A stretch of 64,000 nt of DNA from Hypanus sabinus (taxonomy: Eukaryota): positions 20,584,001 through 20,648,000 of the forward strand of contig NC_082706.1 in NCBI RefSeq assembly GCF_030144855.1, in the 5' to 3' direction. Positions 1-13,650 of the stretch are shown piece by piece. The notes below the pieces were generated by a model that was not told where the DNA came from, did no database searches, and was given only the letters and a program-made list of their open reading frames with translations. How positions within the stretch are numbered: position 1 is the first letter of the stretch; each line of letters opens with the position of its first letter. A program made the translations under genes and the position numbers.

Positions 1-139
1 TGATCACTCCTTTACCTACTGCCCATTATGCTACTGGCACTTAGGAAAGAAATAAAGGTTCTTCATCTCGAGCGGTCTTCCGGGGCTTCAATTTTTTGAT
101 ATTGGGCTTCACTGAGATTGGTTCTGTTTTCACTCAGAG

Positions 140-720
140 GATCTTCCCTCACTCTCCAGTGCTCCAGGGAATAAAGTCTTATCCTATTCAATCGATTCCT
201 GCAATTGAGGTCCTCAAGTCTCCGCATCACAGAACAAATATTATAGAGTTATGGCACAGATTCAGGCCCTTCAACCTATCTAATCCAAGCAGGCCTGGTC
301 TTCTACCATCTACTTGCACTTGGACGAGAACCCTCTCTTCATGTACCTATCTCATCCATGTACTTATTCAAACCCCACTTAAATGCTACCTTGAACCTGC
401 ATCTACCACTTCTGCTGGCATCTCCTTTCACAACATCCTTTGAGAGACGAAGCATCCCCTTGGATTCCCCTTAAGTATTTCACCTTTCACCCTAAACCTA
501 CTTTCTGGGTCTAGCCTAACTCAAACTGAAAGCAAAAAGCCTGCATGCCTTCACTCTATCTATACCCCTCATAATTTTGTATACCTCAACAAAATCTTTC
601 CCCATTCTCCAGTGGTCCAAGGAATAAAGTCCTAACCTATTCAAACCATTCCTGCAACTGAGGTCCTCAAGTCTCTGCAAAATCTATGTAAATTTTCTCT
701 GTACAGTTTCAGATATAATT
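140..720 (-). mobile_element. CR1-like LINE 3' fragments (two overlapping decayed pieces)
   Basis: Reverse complement resembles the CR1 RT C-terminus/3'UTR; the segment 'ctccagtg..ggaataaagtc..cctattcaa..gaggtcctcaagtct' occurs at ~155 and ~605. Confidence 0.65.
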
Positions 721-919
721 GAACGTAGAACATAAAACAGTATAGCTTAGGAACAGACCATTCAGCCCACAATTTACCTCCCATTCTGTCCATGTCCCTA
801 TCTAAAAGTTTCTTAAATACCACTCTCAGATCTGCATCCTCTAGTTCTCCTAGTAGTGTGCTCCAGTAGCCTCCCATGCTCTGTAAAAGAACTCACTGAG
901 GAATTGTCCATTACTTCCT

Positions 920-1240
920 TAAGACCATAGGACATGGGAGCAGAATTAGGTCGGTCAGCCCATCAGGTCTGTTCCACCATTTCATCATGGCTGATATATT
1001 ATCCTTCTCAACCCAACCTCCTGCCTTCTCCCCTCACTAATCAAAACATATTAACCTCCACCTTAAATATACCCAAAGACCCAGATATATCCACAGCCTC
1101 CTGTGGCAATGAATTCAACAGATTCACCACCCTCTGGCTAAAGAGATTCCTCCTCATCTCTGTTCGAAAGGGATGTAACCGTATTCTGAGGCTGTGTTCT
1201 CTGGGCCTAGACTTCCTCATGATACGGAACATCCACTCCA
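920..1240 (-). mobile_element. CR1 LINE 3' end
   Basis: ORF 1041..1286 has 'SRPREHSLRI..FRTEMRRNLFSQRVVNLLNSLPQEAV', the canonical CR1 ORF2 C-terminus. Confidence 0.85.
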
Positions 1241-1564
1241 CAGGTTGCTTGCAGTTACGTGCCACTAAACACACTTTTAGCACCATAGAATCTCGTGGTA
1301 AGCCTAAACCTGCGACCCTACCATCAATTCAAATGACTTACGTTAACCGGTGGTTAAACCATACCCAAGGACTGAAATGCCCATCAAAGCTTCCAAAGAG
1401 CTCAGCTACTGTTTCTGCCTTTTGCATGGATTCACAGACTGTTAAGTAAACACTATCAAAAATGTAAAGTAAAGCAAAACACCATATGAGGATGTAACGC
1501 AGAAGCTTAGATCAGATTGATCAGAAGTATTGATCAAATCGCACTTGGAGTTTAGTGAGCTGTT

Positions 1565-2352
1565 TCAAGTCAAGTCTAGTCAAGTCACTTTTTATTGTCA
1601 TTTCGACCATAACTGCTGGTACAGTACACAGTAAAAACGAGACAACATTTTTCAGGACCATGGTGCTACATGAGACAGTACAAAAACTACACTGAACTAT
1701 GTAAAAACAACACAGCAAAAAAACTACACTAGGCTACAGACCTACCCAGGACTGCATGAAGTGCACAAAACAGTGCAGGCATTACAATAGATAATAAACA
1801 AGACAGTAAGGTGTTAGTCCAGGCTCTGGGTATTGAGGAGTCTGATAGCTTGGGGGAAGAAACTGTTACATAGTCTGGTCGTGAGAGCCTGAATGCTTTG
1901 GTGACTTTTCCCAGATGGCAGGAGGGAGAAGAATATGTATGAGGGGTGCGTGGGGTCCCTCATAATGCTGTTTGCTTTGCAGAATCAGCGTGTAGTGTAA
2001 ATGTCTGTAGTAGTGGGAAGAGCAGCCCTGATGATCTCCTCAGCTGACCTCACTATCCGCTGCAGGGTCTTGCGATCCGAGATGGAGCAATTTCCGAACC
2101 AGGCAGTGATGCAGCTGCTCAGGATGCTCTCAATACAACCCCTATAGAATGTGATGAGGAGGGGGGGTGGGAGATGGACTTTCCTCAGCCTTCACAGAAA
2201 GTAGAGATGCTGCTGGGCTTTCTTTGCTATGGAGCTGGTGTTGAGGGACCAGGTGAGATTCTCCGTCAGGTGAACACCAAGAAATTTGGTGCTCTTAACG
2301 ATCTCTACCGAGGAGATGTCGATGTTCAGCGGAGAGTGGTGCTCCGTGCCCT
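1565..2352 (-). mobile_element. Rex1/Babar-type LINE, 3' part
   Basis: '[38 protein letters not shown]' (Rex1-type RT C-terminus); (CTTGA)n-like tail at 1565-1590. Confidence 0.85.
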
Positions 2353-2354
2353 CC

Positions 2355-2780
2355 TTTTGGACCCCTTTTCTAAGTAAAGGTGTGCTGGGATTGGAGAAGG
2401 TCCAGAGGAGGCTCACAAGAATGATTGCAGGAAAGAAACTGTTAACGTATGAGGAGTGGTTGATTGCTATGGGCCTATACTCGCTGGAGTTTAGAAGAAA
2501 GAGGGGCGATCCCATGAAACCTATGGAATATTGAAAGGTCTAGATAGAGTGGATGTAGAGATGATGTTTCCGAGAGTGGGGGGAGTCTAGGACCAGAGGG
2601 AACAGCCTCAGAATAGAAGGATATCCCTTGAGAACAAAAATGAAAAGGAATTTCATTAGCCAGATTGTGGTGAGTTTGTAGAATTCATTGCCATGGATGG
2701 CTGCAGAGGCCAAGTCACTGAGTTTGATAGGTTCTTGATTAGTAAGCATGATCAAGGTTACAGGGATAAGGCCAGAGAAC
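2355..2780 (+). mobile_element. CR1 LINE fragment
   Basis: 'FWTPFLSKGVLGLEKVQRRLTRMI..GLYSLEFRRKRGD'. Confidence 0.85.
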
Positions 2781-3207
2781 GTAGTTTCTATTTATTGTTT
2801 TCCTTTGTGATAGGCTTTACATTTTTAAAACATACCATCTCGGGAACCAAGTTAGTTGCAAATTAAAGTAACAACTTTGCTTCAAATTAAATGCATGTTA
2901 TGTTTCATGCTCAATAGCTTTTCACTGCAAATCTAATGGCTTTCTCTTGATTCACTGAAGCAGGTAAGTGCTGGTAGTGTGACACAATAGGAGATCTCAT
3001 CCCAATCAAAACCAATTTGAGGAAGACGTCATGCATGTTGGATAAATAAAGAATTGGCCACCCATAACTCTCAGTGCTATGTCTCCATATCAATAGAACA
3101 GAGAAATCTGGAAGGACGTGGATATAGTTCTCAGAAAATGGTGATTATAAGTAGTTATTTGTCATGCATGCTTTGGTCAGTCAAGGTACTGACTTTAAGA
3201 GCTAGGA

Positions 3208-3512
3208 TTTTGTTTATTTATTTATTGAAATACAGTACAGAATGGGCTCTTCCAGCCCTGCAAACTGCACAGCTCAGCAACCTCCCCCCACCCCGATTTA
3301 ACACCAGGTTAGTCACGGGACAATTTACAATGACTAATTAACCTACCAACCGGTACGTCTTTGGTCTGTAGGAGGAAACCGGAGCACCCGGAGGAAGCCC
3401 ATGAGTTCACGGGGAGAACATAAAAGCTCCTTGCTGGGCACAGCAGGGACTGAACCCGGGTCACTGGTACTGTAAAGCATCAAGCTAACCGCCATGCAAC
3501 CGCGACGCCCCA
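3208..3512 (-). mobile_element. tRNA-derived V-domain SINE (HE1-like)
   Basis: On the minus strand: tRNA-like head, V-domain 'ttctccccgtg..tcctccgggtgctccggtttcctcc', and AATAA tail. Confidence 0.8.
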
Positions 3513-3514
3513 CA

Positions 3515-4420
3515 TGCAACTGTATATGACAATGGTGAAAACAACACTTGGAGTATTGATGGTCCTGCTATGAAAGGATGATATTAAACTGGAAACAGAG
3601 CAGACTCGATGGGCCGAATGGCCTACTTATGCTCGTCTATCTTATGGTCTTATGGAAAGGAAGTAGAAAAGCTTGACAAGGATGTTACCAAACTTGGGTC
3701 ATAAGAAGAAACCGGATATATTGTAACTGTTTTCCCTGCTACAGAAAAGGCCAGGGAGTGGCCTGATAGATGTATATAAAGTCATGGGGGACATAGGTAA
3801 GCTAAATGGTCACAGGAATTTTACTAAGGTAAAGGAACCTAAATCTAGGGAGCACCTATTTAAGGTGAGAGGGGGAAGATGAAAGGGAAGCTGCGGATCA
3901 CATTTTTACACATAGAGTGGTCAGTATGTGGAATGGGCTGCCACAAGAGGTGGTGGAAGGTAAAATTACAACTTTAAAAGAGTTTGAGGCATTGAAAGAA
4001 ACTCCAAAGGCATACAGGGCACCATGGTAGCATAGCGGTTAGCGCAACGCTATTTTAGTTCGGGGCGTTGGAGTCTAGAGTTCAATTCTGACGTCATCTG
4101 TAAGGAGTCAGTAGATCCTTCCCGTGGAATGAGTGCTTTTCTCCTCCTGGTCTTTTGTTTCCTCCCACAGTCCAAAGGTGTGCTGGTTAGGGGGTCACTT
4201 GCTCAGTGTCCCGTGATTAGGTGAGGATTAAATTGGGGTAAATTAGGGATTGCTTGTTGGTGTGGCTCGCGGGGCCTATTCTGTGGTATATCTCTAAATA
4301 AATAAATATATCAATACGGGCCAACTGCAGGCAAATGGCATTAACTCAGGTGGGCAGCTTTGTCAGCATTGGTGAATGGGCTGAAGGGCTTGTTTCTGCA
4401 CTGCATAGCACCATGTCTCT
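3515..4420 (+). mobile_element. Decayed CR1 fragment interrupted by a V-SINE
   Basis: 'cacttggagtattg', 'agagtggtcagtatgtggaatgggctgcca'; CR1 3'UTR resumes after ~4310. Confidence 0.65.
4017..4308 (+). mobile_element. V-domain SINE
   Basis: Head 'gggcaccatggtagcatagcggttagc..gagttcaattc', V-domain 'tttcctcccacagtccaaag', (TAAA)n tail. Confidence 0.8.
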
Positions 4421-4649
4421 ATCTAATAAAAATCAATCCTCTGAACATAAACTTCATCTTCACGGTGATACCACACTTCATGTCTTTGGGCACCACCAAC
4501 TTCCTGGTTTTCACTTCTTATCTTCTTACAACATAGAAGGTGGCCATTCGGCACACCGAGTCTATGCTACCTCTCAGGGCTATCCCATTCCCTATTGTTT
4601 TCTCCTCACACTGGAAATGGGTTTTCCCACATGCTCCAGCAATAATTTA

Positions 4650-5162
4650 CACCCAGTGGCCACATTATTAGGTACCTCTTGCACCTAAAAAAGTGGCCAC
4701 AGTGTATCTGTTCACGGTCAACTGCTGCTGCAGTATATCTTGTTCAGGATTCAACATGTTGTGCATTTAGAGAAGCTCTTTTGCAAACCACTATGTGGCT
4801 ATTTGAGTTACTGTCACCTTCCTGTCCTCTTGAATCAGTCTGGCCATTCTCCTCTGACCTCTCCCATTAACAAGGCATTTTTCCCACAAAACTACCATGC
4901 TCCATTCTTTGTAAAGTATTGAGATTATTCTGCGTGAAAATCCCAGATTTTGCAATACTCAAACCACCCCATCTGGCACCAATAATCATTCCACGATCAA
5001 AATCATTTAGATCCTATTTCTTCCCCACTCTAATGAACTGAACTCTTTGACCAGCTCTGCATGCTTTTATGCATTGAGATACTGCCACATGATTGGCTGA
5101 TTAGATATTTGCATTTACAAACAGGTATACAGGCGTACCTGTTAAGGTGGTTACTGAGTGCA
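4650..5162 (-). mobile_element. Tc1-like non-autonomous DNA transposon
   Basis: Inverted termini 'acacccagtggccacattattaggtac' / 'gtacctgttaaggtggttactgagtg'; related copies at ~10832-11165, 11635-11870, 17010-17120, 17718-18130, 54707-55052. Confidence 0.7.
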
Positions 5163-5816
5163 GAGAAAGCAAATAATTGACCAATCAGCTTACATCCGGG
5201 ATGAGGAGAGGACTGAAAGAAACCTACACGGTCACAGGAATAAAGATCAAACTCCACAAAGACAGCACATTAAGTCAGGATCGAGCCCAGTTGCTGCAGC
5301 TACCTACTGTACCACTGTGCCACTCATTTGCTTGGATGGAAAACTCTGCCCAAACTCGGAAAGTAGGTAAGGCAAAAGGCTACGTAATGAAAATAGTGTA
5401 GAGTATGGACATTCGACGGAGAAACAGAAAATGCTGGCAATGCACAGCAGGTCAGGTTGAAAACAAAGAGAGAAAATTGGCATCAGACTGATCAGATTGA
5501 TGATCATTGATCTGAAGTTTGAAGGAAAAATCAGTGAATTGTAATTTCAATTGTTTGACTGGCCAATTTGATGAATATATCCAGCAAATTTCATTGGAAA
5601 GAGAGAGATTTTCCAAAAGTCCAAGCATGAGAGGGATATTTATAATGTGATATTTATAATGTGAAAATAAAGAGCAACAAACAAAATGCTGGTCAGGGAG
5701 CAACTGTGGAGAGAACTGGACTGTTGACTGGTCAAGTGTGTAGATGAAGGGCCTCGACCCAAAATGTTGACTATTCGTTTCCCTTCAGCCAGCTGGTATA
5801 ATTTCTACATAATATA

Positions 5817-5883
5817 CAGAACTGTGCAGAAGTCTTAGGTACAGACATATAGCTAGGGGGCTTAACACTTCTGCACAGTACTG
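5817..5883. mobile_element. Tiny palindromic Tc1-type MITE
   Basis: 'cagaactgtgcagaagtcttagg...cttaacacttctgcacagtactg'; half copies at ~22378-22403 and ~22848-22873. Confidence 0.6.
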
Positions 5884-7333
5884 TTGTAATTTTATGGATC
5901 GCACTATACTGCTGCCACAAATAAAAGTCAAATTTCATGACATACATGAGGTATGACCAACTTGATTCTGATGCGGGTCTCTATTGTGGACTGAGAGGGG
6001 AGAGTGCAGGGAGAGGAGAAAGGAAGGGAGCAGGGAGCACCAGAGAGACATTTGATAACGATCAATAAACCAATTATTTGGAATCAAATGACCTCACCTG
6101 GTGTCTCAGGACTGGATATGTCTGCACCCTGCCATCCCTCCCCCCGGCCGTGTTCTCTGCCTCCTGTCGTCACACAACCCTCCCACGGTGCTCCACCCTC
6201 TCCATTCTTGACCTCCTTTACCCCCACCAGATTTACAAACCTGCTCTCCACTCCAGATTGACAAATACACTCGTTGTAAGTACCCTAGCAATGTATATGT
6301 ACCTATGAGTTTTGCACAGCACTGTACCTGTTGTATTCTGTCTGAATCAAAATGCCTGTGCTGTCATTGCAAACAAGTTTTTTATTGTATGTGTGCCTGA
6401 CATAAATTTGACTTGATCTCCTCCAGACATTGTTTAATGCCTTGGATTCAAGCATCTGCAGCCCATTGTCTCTACAATGAGCAAAAATAAATTGGATTCT
6501 ACAGAGTGTCATGGAGCCAGCTAGACTTTAGGTGATACTGAAAGACATAAATCACTGTGTATTCAAATTCCTGAAACTTACTATTTTATAAGACCTGCTA
6601 GAAATTTACTATGCCATAATTTACTGCATTATTTTGTGCCAGTTATTACACAATTCTGCTTTATCTACCCCAAAAGTAGTCATATCGTCCTTGCATATGC
6701 ACAGGAGAGGGAAAACTTGGCCACAGGAGAAAGCCAGCTCCAACCATATGAACTGTTCATCAGTGGTTAAAATCGTTTCCTCTGCTCTCGCAAGCAATGC
6801 TTACTCCAAGAACCATAAAAAAAACTCTGGCCTAGTCAATATAAAGGAGCAAGCTCAGAGATTCTGTAAGACAATCAAAGAGAGATAAGGTCGGCCAATA
6901 AGAGAAAAACAGAATAACAGGGAGAACAGCTCAGAATTTTAGATCTCAGAGGCTGAACTGCATTAATTGTCTGCAATAGCCACACCATCATGAGTGAAAA
7001 GCAAGCTGTTCTTTGCATTCTCCCGTGCATTTGTTGCATACCCTTTGAGCAGAAACAAAATCAATTTTATATACAAATATTTCAAAGAGAATTTCCAACA
7101 AGTAGAATCTAAGAAACTGTTAAGTATTCCTCTAACAGCGGCTAAACTGGGTCCTAATATCGTGTCAAGTCACATGATAGACGAAGGTCTGCAGCATGAA
7201 AAGCAACAGAGACACCATCAGGAATGATATGAGATAAGATGAGGCGGAAAATTGACTTTTCTCTTGACCATAGGGAATAACACACAGAAATCTAACATTT
7301 TAAATTAACAAAGCATTTCTTCACCCTGAAGGA

Positions 7334-7514
7334 AAAACACAAAATGCTGACAGAACTCAGCAAGCCAGACAGCATCTATGGGAGGAGATAATCACGACGT
7401 TTCGGGCCAAACGTCGTCACTACCTCCTCCCATAGATGCTGTCTGGCCTGCTGAGTTCTGCCAGCATTTTGTGTTTTTTATTTATTTCCAGCATCTGCAG
7501 ATTCACTCGTGTTG
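7334..7514. mobile_element. Penelope-derived fold-back mini-element with 16-bp TSD
   Basis: Inverted arms ~7334-7402 / 7409-7477; direct repeat tcttcaccctgaagga at 7318-7333 and 7515-7530. Confidence 0.85.
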
Positions 7515-8089
7515 TCTTCACCCTGAAGGACCTGGTTGAGACATTGTCGCGGACTTTATTGGAGTGAGGTACCTCACAATATACTAGGTTAGTTAACATG
7601 CTGCATAAAACTTTCTGGCAATGCAAATTGATCAGGATGGAGAGATGAAAGACTGAAGATGCTGTAATTTGCAGTAAAAAATGTACTCAATACTTTGATT
7701 TATGAAGACCAATGTACCAAAAGATCTCTTTAGAACCCTATCTACCCATGATGCCGCTTTCAAAGAATTATAGATTTGTATTCCCAGATCCCTCTGTTCG
7801 ACCGTGATCTCTCCAGACTGACGATTTCCCTCCACAAATGCTGCCTGACTTGTTAAATTCCTCCAGCATTTTGTTTTTGAGTCAGGGCATAGTTATATTA
7901 CTGCATAGTTGGGACCTGGGTGAATAATGGACTGACTGTTCCTTAACCAATGCAATTTAAAAAAATAAAGAAAGAAGAAGTTGGTATTTAGAAGGAAACA
8001 AGATGAATTACTGAGCAGAAAAAAAAATGAAGATACTAAAAGGAGGATTGGGTTAAACGTGAAATAATTAAGAGATTGAAGTCAATGAA

Positions 8090-8500
8090 TAGGTCTCTAT
8101 TCATTGGAGCGTAGAAGGTTGAGGGGGGATTTGATCGAGGTATTTAAAATTTTGAGTGGGATAGATAGAGTTGACATGAATAGGCTGTTTCCATTGAGAG
8201 TAGGGGAGATTCAAATGAGAGGACATGATTTGAGAGTTAGGGGGCAGAAGTTTAAGGGAAACACGAGGGGGTATTTCTTTACACAGAGAGTGATAGCTGT
8301 GTGGAATGAGCTTCTTGTAGAAGTAGTAGAGGCCAGTTCAGTTGAGTCATTTAAAATTGGATAGGTATATGGACAGGAAAGGAGTGGAGGGTTATGGGCT
8401 GAGTGCAGGTAGGTGGGACTAGGTGAGATTAAGAGTTCGGCACGGACTAGGAGGGCCGAGATGGCCTGTTTCCATGCTGTGATTGTTATATGGTTATATG
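8090..8500 (+). mobile_element. CR1 LINE 3' end
   Basis: 'ERRRLRGDLIEVFKILSGIDRVD..RGHDLRV..FFTQRVIAVWNEL'; (GGTTATAT)n-like tail. Confidence 0.9.
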
Positions 8501-9729
8501 GAAATGAAAACAATTGTACATCCTCATACATCCTTATCAGTGCAGTGGAGCTGCCAACAATAAACAATGGTGAAACTTCTGTTGTGCTGCTTGAACTGAA
8601 TTTCAGAATCATCCCACACGTTAGAATTCCCTTGCTACAGGTTTGTTCGTTGGCTGTTTCTTTTACTCTGCTGCTGAAACTCAAGTCCATGACCACATTA
8701 ACATCAAGGATTTACTTTACTCTCATCCTTGTGGCTGGACATCTCACTACTTCATTCCATCTTCACTCTGCAAACTTCAACTCAGAACCAACAGTTGTGT
8801 CTGTGTTTTCAACGTATTTGCAACATCACCCATTTTGAATTTTCCCTAGATACTCTTGTTCCTATCAAAATATTTAAGTCCGACTCAGTGTCAGGCCTGC
8901 AGAGCATCATCGACAAGGGCTCATGCCCACCCACCCACCCCCGCCCCCCCAGGTTAGCAAGTTGTCAGCAGGTTCCATAGTTGGAGTTCTCTGCAGGAAC
9001 GATGAATGAGGTCTGTGACCGCCCCCCCCCCCCCCCTCGAGCCCCCGAGTTTGCATATTGGTGATACCATTTGGGGCATAATGTTCAGTATCCCATCATT
9101 GGTGAGTTTGGAGTTCAAGGCTTAGTGATCAGTGACTGACAGATCCTTAGGGTCAATGCCCAGGATCGAGGCCCAAGGGCTGAATTGGAAGACAGGAAGT
9201 CAAAGCCCATTAACTGTAAACCTCTGCGAATCCGCTGGGCAGGTCAAATCCCAAAGTCTGTGAAACTGCCTCTGAGTTTACTGGAGGCCAAAGAAAGTGG
9301 CCTGTCTTCGGGTTAGAGGACTGGCTTTTGTGCATGAGTGGGAGGGAGGAAAAGGGAGGCTTGTTTTGCTGTTGTTGCTTCGTTGCTTGCTGTGTTCTGT
9401 TTTGATGAGTTTTGTGTTGTTCCAACAAGCATTGTGGTCCTGTTATGTTGGCTCTGGAATGTGCAGTAGCACTGGCAGGCTGCCCCCCAGCCCACCTTCA
9501 GGTGTGTTAATAGCTAACACAAATGATTCACTTCACTGTATGCTTTGACATACACGTGACCAATAAACTTGAATCTTGAAGCTTGAGTCCCTCATCACCA
9601 AGGCTATTGTATCTACCACTTACAAGCGTTTTACAATTGTTTACCAATGCTTCTTTGACAGCACTTCCCAAATACACAGCATCAGCTACCAGGTTTTGCA
9701 AGAGTATGGGAACACCACCGCATGCAGGT

Positions 9730-10520
9730 CATATGCACTTTGGTAGTAGAAATAAATGTGCAGATTATTTTCTAAATGGGACAAAAATCCAGGAATCTGA
9801 GATGCAGAGAGTCTTGGGAGTCCTTGTGCAGAACATCCTGAAAGTTACCTCACAGGTTGAGGAAGGCAAACGCCATGTTAGCATTCATTATTTCAAGAGG
9901 TCTAGAATACAACAGCAAGGATGTGATGCTGAGGTTTTATAAGACACTAGTGAGGCCTCACCTTGAGTATTGTGAATAGTTTTGGGCCCCTCAGCTTAGA
10001 AAACACATGCTGGCATCGGTCCAGAGGAGGTTCACAAGCATGATTCCTGGAATGAAAGGATTATCATAGGAGGAACGTTTGATGCCTCTGGGTCTGTACT
10101 CACTGGAATTCAGAAGGATGAGGGCTATCTTATTGAAACCTTTTGAATGTTCAAAGGCCTAGACAGAGTAGACATGGAAAGGATGTTTCCCATGTTGGGA
10201 GAGTCCAGGACAAGAGGGCACAGCCTCAGGGTAGAGGGGCATCCATTCAAAACAGAGATGTGAAGATATTTCTTTAGCCAAAGGATGGAGAATTTGTGGA
10301 ACTTATTGCCACATGCAGCTGTGGAGGGCAGGTTGTTGGGTGTATTTAAGACAGAGATTGACAAGTTCTTGATTAGACATGGTATCAAAGGTTACAGGGA
10401 GAAGGCTGGGGAAAAGGGATTGAGGAGGAGATTAAAAAAATGATCAGCCATGATTGAATGGTGGAGTAGGCTCGATGGGCCAAATGGCCCAATTCTGCTC
10501 CTATGTCTTATGGTCATATG
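9730..10520 (+). mobile_element. CR1 LINE 3' part
   Basis: 'MHFGSRNK..YFLNG', 'aggcctcaccttgagtattgtg', CR1 3'UTR and 'cttatggtc' tail. Confidence 0.9.
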
Positions 10521-10597
10521 TACCATCCTAAGCTGGCAATACATCAACCATTGTTACAAGGTTTAAGCAATGAAACCCCAAATACAAAAATATTTTG

Positions 10598-10732
10598 GGC
10601 AAAAGAGATTCTCTATATACTGGAAATCCAAGGTAACATATACAAAATGCTGGATTAACTCTGCAGGTCAGGCAGCGTCTACTGAAAGGAATAAAGTGTT
10701 GACAACTCTGGCCAAAATCCTTCATCAGGACT
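10598..10732 (-). mobile_element. Penelope terminal (pLTR) stub with degenerate hammerhead
   Basis: Minus strand reads 'agtcCTGATGAagg...' followed by the terminal sequence shared with the Penelope copy at 47762-48226. Confidence 0.7.
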
Positions 10733-10831
10733 ATCTGCATTACAAAGAAGCCTAGCATTAAAGAGCAATAAGTCATGAATTAAAAATGTCAAATTATAAG
10801 TGTTAATTGCATTACAGGGCTATGTAAAAAT

Positions 10832-11870
10832 ATACTCAGTTGTCACTTTATGAGGCAGACATGTATACCTTCTCAATACTGTAAGTATCTAATCTGACAA
10901 TCATGTGGGTGGCAACTCAATCCATAAAAATATGCAGAAATTACAAAGAGAGTCAGTTGTTGTTCGGACCAAACAACAGAATGGGGAAAAAGTGATCTAT
11001 GTGACTTTCTGGAATGGTAGTTGGTGCCAGACAGGGTGGTTTGAGTATTTCAGTAAGCTACTGATCTCCTGGGATTTTTTTAAGTGGAAAGGTCTCTCGA
11101 GCTTTCAGAGAATGGTGAGAAAAACAACAAGAAAAGAAAACATCCGGTAAGCAGCAGTTCTGCTTAAAGAGAGTGTCACAACCACAGACTCTGCTGTGGG
11201 GTCCATGCGCCCCAGCAGGTGGGCCGCACATCAGGTTCTTCAATTCAGTTCATCTGTGTGCATGTTCCTACTAATTACCGTTTCATTATGGCAGTATTTA
11301 AGTCCTTTCTTTTCATTGTAGTCTTGTTGAGACTTGACCTAAAGCACAGCAACCTTATGCTCCCTCCTTACCCTCAGCCTTGTCTGAGAAAGAGGACTAC
11401 CATTTCGACTGACACTGGAAAGGAGCGGTGTTTGTTTAGCATTTAAATATTGCTTTTAGCTGCATTGTTGGCATTTTACTGTCAGTTTGAGAGTTTTAGT
11501 TAACAGCCTTGCTGGCTTAGTGTTTATTCTTCTCCTTTTCCTTTAAACTGTGCAACAATTTCCCTTAGAGTCAGTGAACTCTTGACGTGCTTCAATGTCT
11601 CTCTATCTCTGCACTGGGACCATATCCAAACACTTTGATAGAGAAAGGTCAGATGAGAATGGCCAGACTGACTTAAACTGTCAGGAAGGACACAGTGACT
11701 AAAATAACCATGCTTTACAATAGTGGTGGGCAGAAGAGCATCTCTGAACACGCAATACATTGAAACTTGAAGTAGAAAAGTAGGTCTACAGCAGCAGAAG
11801 ACCATGAATATACACTCAGTGGCCATTTTATAGGTGGAGGAGGTACGTAATGATGTGACCACTAAGTGTA
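10832..11870 (+). mobile_element. Tc1-like element in two pieces (10832-11165, 11635-11870)
   Basis: Termini 'tactcagttgtcacttta' and 'atgtgaccactaagtgta'; internal similarity to 4650-5162. Confidence 0.6.
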
Positions 11871-13439
11871 CAGTGGAGATTATTCACCGTAACAGGTCTC
11901 AACCAATTCCTTCAGGGTGAAGGAGATTTGCTTAGAATGTAACACAAATATGGACTACCGAATTCTACACGGAGTCTATGGAATCTGATATCAAGCCTCT
12001 ATTTTAACATCAGCAGATGCAGTTTTCATCACTGTGGACCTGTGCTCGGGAATTCTCCACCAAGGACCCCAGGACTTCCCTTTCAAAAGTCCTCTAGCAT
12101 TATCATGTCTTCGATTCTTTTCCCTAATCTCACCATTCCTCTACCTGATCTGAAGTTTGGCATCACCTTTCTCATTACTATAATGCACCACCTTCATGTA
12201 AACAAACATTACATCAAAGTAAGCTTTTCTTCTGTTCAAGGCCCACTATAGAAACTCTTCACCCATAACGATGCTCCAGAACAGTGCTTGGGCTCTGCAG
12301 CATTATTGGAGGAGCAGTCTTTCAGATGACGTGTCAATCTGGCGGTTGTTCAAAGATCCTGTGGTATTAATTCAAGAAGAACAGGATGTCTTCTGGTTGT
12401 CCAGGGAATCATTCTTCCCTCAGCCATCAGCATTCAACTGCATGTTAGTTCATTCATCTAGTAGCTGTGCTGAAATTAACTGCCAAATGACAGCACGTCA
12501 AAGTAATTCACTGCATGTGAAGCTCTGAGATGCTTCTGGGAGATCTATATCAATATAAGTATGCTTTTCTTTACACAAGGTCCAGAATATGTTCCAAGGC
12601 AGTTACACGGCTCAATCTCAAAGTTGCAGCAATGTTAATAAACCCCTTGAGCTTCTCTATCCCAGTTTACGACGTGTCCTGAGTCGCTCCAGGCGTTTCT
12701 GCCGCACAACGCACTCCATTAAAAATACAACACAACCACTCTGAAGCATTTTCATATCTTATCAATAAATAAGTGTCAAGCTCCCTGGTCATCCAAAATG
12801 ATTGATTCTTAAAAAATGTTTTTTTTTATTATTGTAGACTTTGCTTTAATCTAGTTGCAGTGTTTTTTTTTCTCTCCTGAGATCCAGCAATGATATAGAG
12901 TATCAGGGAAATGTCTTCTCACATTTCCCAGGGGACTGATCATTCTGAACAAATTACAGTTAACAGGGAAATAGGATCTATTCTTCACTATCTGACAAAG
13001 CCTTCTTTAATTTACTGGCAGTATTGCAGAGTAGCTCCCACGGGCTAACACAATCTTCCATGTAACCATCAGTGTTCACCTTTATTCAGCCTTTGTTCTC
13101 TGCTTTAGACAGCACTGTTAATTGGAAATGATGCTGGCTCACTGTTAGTCCTGAAAATCAATTACGGGCTGCTTTGTCAAAGTAGCAGCACTTTCAGTGG
13201 ATGGAGTAGTTCAAAGATACACTTGATTGTTAATGCAAGTCCGTTGTATTTACGTTCCGATGTCACCTTCAAAGAATAGCATTTCCGATCAAAGGTTATG
13301 CAGATGGTTTTAAAGTTTGACTTCCAGAGATTAACAGAAAGCTTATGGAAATGGAAATGGGTCATCAGGACTGACTGGTTTGTGGTTTTGAACCATTCAA
13401 GAATCTTCCTACCATTGCATTAGTATAACTCTCTATTCC

Positions 13440-13650
13440 TTCTTCATAATAATAAAAATAATAACCTCCCATGCCTCACTGGTGTATCGGCCCGCAATCT
13501 TACCTCTTTATCATTTGTCTGTTTTATGAGTCCGGAATACTAGCTTGACGCTCAAACCAGCACAGGTGGAAAGTGTGCAAAGAGCTGGACCGGATTCGAA
13601 CTCGGGACCACTTGCCTCGAGGTCCAGTGCAGATGCCACAACGCCACCTC
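13440..13650 (-). mobile_element. tRNA-derived SINE (second family)
   Basis: Minus-strand head 'ggtggcgttgtggcatc...gagttcgaatcc' with A/B boxes; related copy at ~21895-22017. Confidence 0.65.

Noticed and set aside
4017-4095. tRNA genes at SINE heads (also ~3440-3512, ~13580-13650)
   Set aside because: Degenerate tRNA-like heads joined to SINE bodies and tails
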